A program made the translations under genes and the position numbers. From Octopus sinensis (taxonomy: Eukaryota): DNA of 64,000 nt. Numbering within the stretch: the first letter of the stretch is position 1; every line of letters starts with the position of its first letter. The DNA lies in NCBI RefSeq assembly GCF_006345805.1, contig NC_043000.1, positions 20,584,001 to 20,648,000 on the forward strand, read 5' to 3'. The notes beneath the pieces are model-generated. The model saw nothing but the letters and a program-made list of their open reading frames with translations. It ran no database searches and had not been told where the DNA came from. This document shows, in pieces, positions 11,892 to 21,536 of the stretch.

Positions 11892-12720
11892 CGGATCTTT
11901 TCCTTTTGAACGGAACTTTATAACATAATTTCTAGTCAACTAAAAAGTTTTAAACTTCGTATACTGGTAGAATGTGTTTATAAAACATCATTTTCTCTTG
12001 CCTTTATTGAGAAAATTCTATAGGTTGTAAGATATTTCGTCTTTAATTTCGAGCATTTCGGCAATTTTAACCAATCAAATACGTCCATTTAGGTAAATAA
12101 CATTCTGTGCATAATGAATATGTCCCTCCTTTAAGAAACAGATTGGGTTTATTTACATTTGTGAAGAAAAAAAGATACCCTTCCCCAACCCCTAACTAAC
12201 CCTAACCCTAAATCTAAAATAGATTGAAATGCAATAGATCGCTACTAGGGCCATAATTATGGGTGACATTTTCATTTGACACCGCTAGAAAAAAATCCCA
12301 TTTTCAGTAGCGGTGTCGTATGAAATTGTCACCCATAATTATAACCCTAGTATCGATCTATTGCATTTCAATCTATTTTAGACTTAGGGTGAGAGTTAGG
12401 GTTAGTTAGGGTTAGGGTTAGGGGTGGGGGAAGGGTATCTCTTTTCTTCTCAAATGTAAATAAACCCAATCTGTTTCTTAAAGGAGGGACATATTCATTG
12501 TGCACGGAATGTTGTTTACCTAAATGGAGGTAATCGATTGGTTAAAATTGCCGAAATGCTCGAAATTAAAGACGAAATATGTTACAACATATAGAATTTT
12601 CTCAATAAAACCAAGAAAAAATGATGTTTTATAAACACATTCTACCAGTATACGAAGTTTAAAAGTGTTTAGTTAACTAGAAATTGTGTTAAAAAGTGCC
12701 GTTCAAAAGGAAAAGATCCC
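11892..12720. mobile_element. ~830-bp foldback (two ~400-bp inverted arms related to the 10.1-kb MITE), inserted in a family-A SINE
   Basis: cggatcttttccttttgaac ... gttcaaaaggaaaagatcc. The arms meet at accgcta-(20 nt)-tagcggt (12281-12314). The SINE's gtcgac(ccc)|gaaaggatg is split by the element. Confidence 0.88.
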
Positions 12721-13067
12721 TTCCTCAAGGGATGAAAAGTAAAGTGGACCTCGGTGAAATTTAAACTTAAAAATGTACAGACGTACGAAATGTCGCTACG
12801 CTCTGTTAGCCGGCGTGCTAACAATTCAATCAGTTAGCCTGACCATCAGTAACACATCTCGCAGAGATTCAGAGGGAGAAAGGGACTGGCAGGCAGTCAT
12901 GGAGGGAAGGGGCTATCTGTAAGCAAGCAGAAAACTGTCAATAAACTATACCTTAATAAATCTCTTTAAAGTTTTTCTGAGTCTTACATCACAATGTACA
13001 ACGAAGTCAAACAGATGAGAACCTTTGATCGAAAGCGTGTTCTTTTCTTTTAATTATTGTAGAGTGT

Positions 13068-13132
13068 AAGGCGGCGAGCTGGCAGAAACGTTAGCACGCC
13101 GGGCGAAATGCGTAGCCGTATTTCGTCTGCCG
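13068..13132 (+). mobile_element. 5' head (A-box part) of SINE family A, interrupted by the LINE
   Basis: aaggcggcgagctggcagaaacgttagcacgcc... continues at 18481. The whole composite is flanked by the 15-bp TSD attattgtagagtgt (13053-13067 / 19059-19073). Confidence 0.9.
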
Positions 13133-13296
13133 CACATGTGTTCGTGAAGTAAGAATTGCTGTTTCGTGGTGTTAATATTGTTAACAACTGTTGTTTCTTG
13201 TTAAACTGTTGAATAACTTAACTGTTGGAGTTTTCAATTGAAAACACTTAGTGCTTGTGGTAGCACGCGTTGTTCATTCCCCCTTTGGGGGGAAGA

Positions 13297-14825
13297 ATGT
13301 CGTCTAGCATGGAGCCTACCGTTGGAGCAGAAATACTTGTTTCTCCTGTTGAGAGGAGGAAATACATGTCCGGCGAGGAGCCAACTACAGACAAGGAAAT
13401 AGGGGTTTCCCCCGCTACAAGAAGGAATAGCAGAGAGGATAATATATTGATATTTTTGGAGATGTGTCTGAGAGCTCGTCAGAACTTTCACCAGAAGAGT
13501 TTCCGACTTTGCCAGAGAACAAAGGCATTGTGTCGAAGAGAATAATTGATGTGCCTAGCATCCAGATAGAACCAAAAAATGGAAAAAAAAGTTTTGCGTT
13601 GGCTGTTGGGGGTGGAACCCAGATACTGTCGACGAATAAAAGCGAAATTATGAAATACAGCAAAATGATGGAAATAACTGACAACGGTGTGGAAATTGAA
13701 CCTCCGCAAAAGTTATTACAGGAAGAAAAGCAAAAAACAATAATTTTCAAACCATATTGTCTACAAAAAAGAAAAATTGAAAGAATGTCAGAAGAGAAAA
13801 TAGAAAAGTGCTTAAAGCCAATATTGGGCGACGTAGTATTTCTGAGAAGAGGAAAAAAATTCGGAACGGTGGAAGTAAGGTTCACCAATAAAGAAATAGC
13901 ACACAAGAACTCAGTTGAAACGTTGAAAACGAACGACGTGGAGTTAATCCCCTATTATATGGGGATGAGGACGTCGCGAATAAAAATTATAAGGGTCCCG
14001 CCAGAGGTCGAACCTATGTGGTTGTTGGCGGCAGTCCTAATCAAAGAGGTAGAAAAAATTACTCTCCTCCAGGCTACCGCTACGGAAAACCCACGCTGGG
14101 ATGGTCAAACAATTAATCTTCTCATTCAAGCGGACCTTAAAATAATTCAAACAATTCCTGAGACAATTGAGGTAGGGGAGGAGAACCTCGTGGTGTTTGT
14201 TGAGGGCCGAAAACCTCGATGTTTTTTATGTGGTCAATTAGGCCACATTCGAAGGAACTGCAAGGAAAATGAAGAAGAGGAGGAAGAGGAGAAAAAAGAC
14301 AAAGAGGAAGAAGATAAAGAAGAAACAGATGAGAAAAAAACAACAAACAAAAGAAAAATACAACCAGCAACCCAGCCGAGAGCGGCGACTACTACAGAAC
14401 AACGACCAAAAAAGACTGCCAGAAGAGAAAAAGAAGAAAAAGGCATAATAGCCGTATACACTAAAGATACTGAGCTCATGAGAGACATTCAACTCATAAA
14501 GACTGTAAAAAAAATTGATAACCTTTCAGAGGAATTTATCAATTACGACATATATGAAGTCTCAAATAAGACTTATAGAATTCTACAAAATAAGTACAGA
14601 AAGACTGTATCTTCATTGAGATTAGATTTTAACAAGTCGATATTTCATGGATTACCAGCTCCGATCCCGCGAGAAAAGGAAAAGGTGGAGATTCCCCCTC
14701 CACCTGATAATTCTGTGTCGGTGGTGAGACGGGATTTTGACAAATCTATTTCCCAAGACCGTCCACCTCCGACCCTGGATCAAAAAAAGGTGGAGGGTCC
14801 CCCTCCACCGGACAATCCTAATTAA
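13297..14825 (+). pseudogene. LINE ORF1 (gag-like nucleic-acid-binding protein); probable ATG at 13297 and a frameshift near 13443
   Basis: ORF 13464..14825 contains CFLCGQLGHIRRNC (CX2CX4HX4C), an E/K-rich tract and duplicated KVE.PPPPDN motifs. The upstream frame from ATG 13297 (MSSSMEP...EDN) overlaps it and joins it with a single frameshift. Confidence 0.75.
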
Positions 14826-14836
14826 ACAGGTAAGTG

Positions 14837-17800
14837 ATGGCTATTCACATTGGTTGTTTAAATGTTCATGGCCTGTTGTCAAGCTGGAAGCAAGGACGCT
14901 TTCTGAATGACATCAGGTCGAGAAATTTGGATGTAATTGTTGCAACGGAAACCCGGGTGAAGGGGCCAAGAGATCTGCTCCCCCTCCTGAACGGCTACGA
15001 GAAATACGTTTCTCCGAGTCGGGCGGGAGGTGGGGGTGGGGTGTTGGTCCTACTAAAAAGAAACCGGGTAGCCGAGAAAAAGTTGGTTTTTTCTGACCCA
15101 GAAGGCAGGCTGGTCGTTCTCGACTTGACATTCAGTTGTGGCAAGACAATCAGGCTGGTTGCTATTTACGCACCAAACATTATTGGCCCGCAAACTGAAT
15201 ATTTTCGTGGCCTAGGAAAGTTCCTAGCCACGTCGCATTCACTAGTAGTGTTAGGAGACTCTAATACAATATGTGCAGCACACACAGATTGTGTTGGCTC
15301 AAACTCGAACATGAACAGAAAATGTAACCCAGGCTTTCGGGATCTGCTAAGTCAATTTCAGCTAGCAGATCCATATAGGTTGAAGCACCCGAACACTCCA
15401 CAGTGGACGTGGTCAAATAGTGACGGGTCTACCAGAACATATCTAGATAGGATTTTAATTAGAGAAAAAGATAAGTCCATAGTTGAGTGTCCACAGTTTT
15501 TTCTAGTCAGCTACAGTGACCACAAGATGGTTACCTGTAAACTGACGGTAGATAAGTTGCATAGACAGGGATCTGGCTACTGGAAACTCAATACGTCCCT
15601 TTTGGCGATTGAGGAGTACAGAAAGCGGATCAAGATGTTAATACAGAGGGCATTAACAGGTACCATCATTAATAACAAATGGTGGTACGCCCTAAAAAGA
15701 GCCATCAAATATGAGTCTATTAGGTTTAGCATAAGTTTAGCTAAGAAGGGACGTAAAATAGGAGATGGTCTAGTTAAGGAACTAGAAGAAGCCTGGAGGA
15801 CTGGTAATACAGACCAAGCGAGGGTGAAAAGACTGGAGTTAAACCAGCATCTTGAAGCCCACCACATGGGAAGTATTACCAGAGCTAAGTTACGTGCAAT
15901 GGGAAGTGAAGGAATCAAAGCCGCTGGATGGGCCCGAGTGGTGGAAGCTCGGCAAGGAAATAGTTCCTCTATTCGGTCTTTGACGAATCAAAATGGTGTC
16001 TTGATAAACGAACCCGAGAAAATGTGTGAGGTCTTTCGGGAGTACTTAGCCCAGCTGTTCGGGGGTGACGGCGGTCCTGGTGGTGGGAGCGCCCTCGAGG
16101 ACTTTCTTACCGGGCTGCCGTGCCTCTGATGCGGAGTCTTGCGAAGGGCCAATCACACCTGAGGAGGTGATGGAGGCTTTGGCCGATTGTAAAGCGGGTA
16201 AGTCACCGGGACTTGATGGTCTTCCGTACGAGCTGTATAAATGTATGCCAGACTTGTTCGGGCAACTACTGACTGACGTGTACGCGAACTGGAAACAGAA
16301 TGGGTTTATCCCCAGATCTGTGCGCCGGGGAGTAGTGACGTTGGTCAGAAAGGACCCGGACAAGGGGGACGTTCTAGAGAATTTCGGGCCCATCACTCTG
16401 TTAAACGCAGAAGTGAAGATTTTGGCCAAGGTTCTAGCAAAAAAGTTGGCGCGTGTCGCGAATGGTATAGTCGGGGAGGCACAGACATGTGCCATCCCAG
16501 GCAGAACCATTCAGGATACCCTCCATCTTATTCGCTATACCATAGAGAGGTTTGGTAATAAATCTGGCAAAGGTGGGGCATTGGTGCATTTGGACCAGTC
16601 TAAAGCTTTTGATAGGGTTGACCATCGATACCTAGCGACTGTACTTGCGCGGTTTGGCCTGGGCCTTGGCTTCCTCAGGTGGTTTATAGCTTTGTACCAC
16701 AACATTGACTCGATAGTTCGGGTGAACGGTTTCCTTTCGAAGCCGTTCTGCATCAGACGCTCGGTTCGTCAAGGATGTCCGCTTTCACCACTTTTGTATG
16801 TGATGGCTCTCGAGCCATTACTGCAAAGGTTGAGTGGCATCCCGAGAGAACCAGGACTAGAGGAGTTTGTTACGGCTTTCGCGGATGATATCACTATCAG
16901 TGTAACCACAGTGGCACGCCTACGTGAAGTAGGTAAGACTATTGAGGCTTACGAAGAGGTAGCAGGAGCAAAGATTAACCGGGAAAAGTCGGTCGGCTTG
17001 CAGCTCGGCACCTGGGTTGGCAAGTCGATGCCTTCAGACAGTGTTGTTAGGCGCTGGACGGAGGGACCGGTTAAGTTGCTGGGAGTCTGGTTTGGACCAG
17101 GCCTCCAGATAGAGAAGAACTGGACGGAGGTATTGAGCAGGGTGGCTGCAGTAGTCAAGACCTGGTCTTGGCGGTGGCTATCCCTGAAAGGGAGGGCGGA
17201 AGTGGCCAATGTGTTTATCGCATCGGTCATTACCTACCGCCTGACCGTCGTGCCCTGTCCGGATTTGTGGTTGATCAGGTTGGAGAGACAGCTTTTTCGC
17301 TTTTTGTGAAGGGCAGGTCGCCACTTGTGAAACGCTCTGTCTGCTGTCAAAAGCCTTTAAATGGAGGTTTAGGGATGCCTTGGTTAATGATGCGCAGACA
17401 TGCGTTGAGGTTGAGGCACCTCTGGATTCTCCTGGATAGTGAACGGGTGTGGTCTCCGCTGGCCAGACAAATGTTCCCTGAGTTCAAGAGTTTTTGCGAA
17501 CAGGAAGCCTGGTGTTCTCGTAGACCGAGGTCGAGTGAGTGGCATAAAGAGTGCCGTAAGGCCCTCTTGCTGTTCCGGCGCTCGGGCAACGCCAGCGGTG
17601 GGGGTTCCACACGGATTTTATATAGTGGGTTGGTAGAGTCTGAATGCGACGATGGCCTGGGGTCGACTCTAGGTCTCGGATTTATTCAACTGGACAGCTT
17701 GTTTCATCGTACATTCGGGTTGAGAACGTTGGACAACTTCCAAAAGTCCTTAACCTGGCAATGCTACAGAGGTGCCTTGCCCGTTTGGGATAAGCTCGCA

Positions 17801-18232
17801 AGACATGGTAAACGTCAGTCGCCGACCTGTCCAAGATGCGGGGGGGGGGACAGGGAAACCGTCCCTCACGCTATTGTTCAGTGTCCGGAGATAACTGAAA
17901 TGTGGACTTATGCTGAACATCTGTTGTCCGGCGAAGGAAGAGTACGGCTGTCGACTGAGTCAATTATAAAAATTGACCCACCGGGAGTTCTAACGAACGA
18001 AGGTAAGAATTGTTTTCTCACGGTTATAGCAATAGCAAAAGAGGCTGTATGGAAGACTAGGATAAAAGGAATTAAGACAGGCAACTTTATCTCTGGTGAC
18101 AATTTACGATCCTTTTTTTCTTTTCATTTGAAAAGGAAACTGTGGCTGGAGAAGAGGTGTCTATCAGAGTGTACTTTCCAAAAGAGATGGAAGTATGTTG
18201 CACGAGTGTTGTGCGTGCAAGGAACCGTGTGA
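14837..18232 (+). pseudogene. LINE ORF2 (APE endonuclease, reverse transcriptase, zinc finger), broken by two frameshifts (~16125, ~17308)
   Basis: APE motifs LNVHGL, ATETR, IYAP, LGDSN, YLDRIL, SDH. RT motifs KSPGLDG, PITLLNAEVKILAK, DQSKAFDRV, QGCPLSPLLY, FADD. C-terminal CPRC...ETVPHAIVQC. FRFL*RA restores to FRFLWKG with one added G. Confidence 0.92.
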
Positions 18233-18480
18233 ATAGACGAGGAAAAAAAAAAAAAAGGAAAAATAAAAAGGTATCAGCGGTAGATCGGGGCTTGTGGGAT
18301 CGGAGCGTAACTTGATCATCGCTTCATTTGTATTGTTTTTGTACTGTGTATTCCATTCGATTTTTATGTATTGTATTTTATTTTTGATGTCACATTTATG
18401 TAAAATCATATCGATTCACTGATCCCATCAGTTGTACTGTCCATATCTATGTTTGGCCCCCGGTGGGCAATAAAGAAATT

Positions 18481-19058
18481 CGTATTTTGTCTGCCGTTAC
18501 GTTCTGAGTTCAAATTCCGTCGAGGTCGACTTTGCCTTTCATCCTTTCGGGGTCGATAATTTAAGTACCAGTTGCGTACTGGGGTCGATTTAATCCATTT
18601 GTCTGTCCTTGTTTGTCCCCTCTATGTTTAACCCCTTGTGGGCAATAAAGAAACAAGAAACTTTAGCACGCCGGGCGAAATGCTTAGCGGTGTTTCATCT
18701 GTCTTTATGTTCTGAGTTCAAATTCCGTCGAGGTCGACTTTGCCTTTCATCCTTTCGGGGTCGATAATTAAGTACCAGTTGCGTACTGGGGTCGATTTAA
18801 TCCATTTGTCTGTCCTTGTTTGTCCCCTCTATGTTTAACCCCTTGTGGGCAATAAAGAAACAAGAAACTTTAGCACGCCGGGCGAAATGCTTAGCGGTGT
18901 TTCATCTGTCTTTATGTTCTGAGTTCAAATTCCGTCGAGGTCGACTTTGCCTTTCATCCTTTCGGGGTCGATAATTTAAGTACCAGTTACGTACTGGGGT
19001 CGATCTAATCGATTGCCCCCACCCCAAAATTTCAGGCCTTGTACCTAGAGTAGAAAAG
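18481..19058 (+). mobile_element. Remainder of SINE family A plus two ~207-bp tandem units; ends in tail type A
   Basis: B box gagttcaaattcc and central block cctttcatcctttcggggtcgataa (resembles the Meta-SINE domain as I recall it). Units restart at ctttagcacg (18661, 18868). Confidence 0.88.
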
Positions 19059-20108
19059 ATTATTGTAGAGTGTGATACCCCGCTGTTATAATGAATATAC
19101 TGTAACAGAAAACTTTCAAATGGAAAATTAGTTAGGTGGATTCTTTTGAGCATACAAAAACGTGCATTATTAAAAACATCACGAGAAAAGAAAGTCCTTA
19201 CAGTTAGGGTTTAATACTTTGCAAGTCGGGTCTTCCACTTTGCTAGCGTTCGGTTCGTGGTGATATGTATGTCTGTCAAGGTTATAAACGTCGGAGAGAA
19301 AACGAGTTCGTTTAGTGGGTTTGGCCGTTAAATTGCAATTGATAGTATACAATATTAGATAGGTTGTGTGAAAAAGTGATAATCACTGCAACAATATATA
19401 TATTTTTGTTACCCAGATCATTTGTATTTACATATGTACAATAATTGTTTAGGTAAAGTAGTATACATGGGATGGTGAATGTGGTAGCTAAAATTTTTCA
19501 CAGCATAAAATATTGTAATTTATATGAAAATCGTTCGTGGATATTACAGACAGAATAAGTAGAAAGAGTGAGAACACCTTATCACAAACTGTGTAGCACC
19601 TAAGGCTGTTCTGTTTAGGAATCAATATCCCAGCATTTTATAACATTTAGTCAAATCTTCTAGAACTTTCGATAGACCTATTTAGCAGGAAAATGCACAA
19701 AACATAACTCTCAGGTTTACTGATTATTTGGTTGTGTACTAGCTGATCTGATTTATCAAACCACGTTCCCGTAGGTATTAATGTCCAGTAACGTAGCTGG
19801 GAGCGAGCAAAGGAGCTACGCATATGGCTCTGCTGTGTAGACATGTACAGGCTTATGCAAGGCCCCAGGGGTGGCAAACTCAAGAGCTGCCCGTGTGGAA
19901 CACACATTAGCTACACTTTAGTTAATGCGCTTTATGTGGTAAAAGAGTTAAACCGTGGTCCTAAACTGGAAAATCTGAGATGATGGTTCAAAATTTAGTA
20001 GAAACCTCGCTTTGAGAATTTAAGGTTAGGCTTTGGATTTAGGATTAAGGTTAGAATTAGGTTTAAGATTATGATTATAAAATTTAATAATCCTTTTAAA
20101 ACTAACAA

Positions 20109-20515
20109 TAGGCGTAGGAGTTGCTGTGTGGTAAGTAGCTTGCTTACCAACCACATGGTTCCGGGTTCAATCCCACTGAGTGGCACCTTGGGCAAGTGTC
20201 TTCTATTATAGCCTCGGGTTGACCAAAGCCTTGTGAGTGTATTTGGTAGACAGAAACTGAAAGAAGCTCGTAGCATATATGTATGTGTGTGTGTGTGTTT
20301 GCCCCCACCCCACCCCACCCAACATCGCTTGACAACCGATGTTGGTGTGTTTACGTCCACGTAACTTAGTGGTTCGGCATAATAGACCGATAGAATAAAG
20401 TACTAGGCTTACAAAGAATAAGCCCTGGGAGTCGATTTGCTTGACTAAAAGCGGTGCCCCAGCATGGTCACAGTCAAATGACTGAAACAAGTAAAAGAGT
20501 AAAATAATAAAGAGT
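20109..20515 (+). mobile_element. SINE family B
   Basis: Same head and tail as the copy at 7682. Confidence 0.85.
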
Positions 20516-21149
20516 AACATTTTAACAGTTTTCTATTTCAAACAGGCTGTACTCGCTATTTCATAACGTTATATGTTTTTTATCATGGCTTGACACGCTG
20601 TCTGCTTTTCTAAACGTCCGTCTTTTTAAAGGTGCTCCAACCATGACCAATCCATCACTCTATTTTCTTTTTCTTGCATGTTTGCAGTTTAGCGCTTCTT
20701 CAAATACCGTTGGAACTGTGTTTATTTGTAACTTTTTAGGGTACTTTTTGGTTATCTCACCCTCATTAAAAAATTACCATTAAAAAGATTTTAGTCGAAC
20801 GAATCGACCCCGGTACAATATTTTGCGAGCCTGGTACCTATTCCATTGAAATTTTTTGCTGAACTGCTAAGTTACAGAGACGTAAACAAACAAACACCGG
20901 TTGACAGCCAGTAGAAAGGAACAAACCTAAACACACGCGCACACACATTCATATGACGGCTTCAGCTTCCGTCAACTAAATTTATTCACAAGGTTTTGGT
21001 CGGCCCAAGGCTGTAGTGGAAGGCATATGCGCAGTGGAAGGCATATGCACAGTGGAACTGAAACCGGAACCATGTGGTTGTGAAGCAAACTCCTTACCAC
21101 ACAACTGCCTGCTTGAAATACACACCAAACATACTTAAACTTTAAAAGT

Positions 21150-21536
21150 GGATGGAAGCACTCCGTCGGTTACGACGACGAGGGTTTCCGTTGATCCGAT
21201 CAACGGAACAGCCTGCTCGTGAAATTAACGTGTAAGTGGCTGAGCACTCCACAGACACGTGTACCCTTAACGTAGTTCTCGGGGATATTCAGCGTGACAC
21301 AGAGAGTGACAAGGCCGGCCCTTTTGAAATACAGGTACAACAGAAACAGGAAGTAAGAGTGAGATAAAGTTGTGGTGAAAGAGTACAGCAGGGATCACCG
21401 CCATCCCCTGCCGGAGCCTCGTGGAGCTTTAGGTGTTTTCGCTCAATAAACACTCACAACGCCCGGTTTGGGAATCGAAACCGCGATCCTACGACCGCGA
21501 GTCCGCTGCCCTAACCACTGGGCCATTGCCCCTCCA
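21150..21536 (-). mobile_element. SINE family C (tRNA-derived head tggaggcgcaatggcccagtggttaggg...ggtttcgattccc)
   Basis: A-box and B-box-like head. Further copies at ~21915-22180 (+), 26995-27280 (-), 38799-39110 (+), 46250-46628 (-) and 46820-47168 (+). Confidence 0.82.

Larger units (their letters stand above)
13133..18480 (+). mobile_element. Near-full-length non-LTR retrotransposon, Tx1/L1 clade (~5.35 kb), frameshifted
   Basis: ORF1 with CCHC knuckle, ORF2 with APE, RT and C-terminal Cys/His motif, and a 3' UTR. Flanked by TSD cgtatttcgtctgccg (13117-13132) / cgtattttgtctgccg (18481-18496). Confidence 0.92.

Noticed and set aside
12395-12430. TTAGGG repeats suggesting a telomere
   Set aside because: Short, degenerate and internal to a MITE/foldback arm.
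13234-18102. Antisense and alternative-frame ORFs within the LINE (e.g. 13415-13906, 15577-15918, 16046-16510)
   Set aside because: Shadows of the sense ORFs' codon bias; no motifs.
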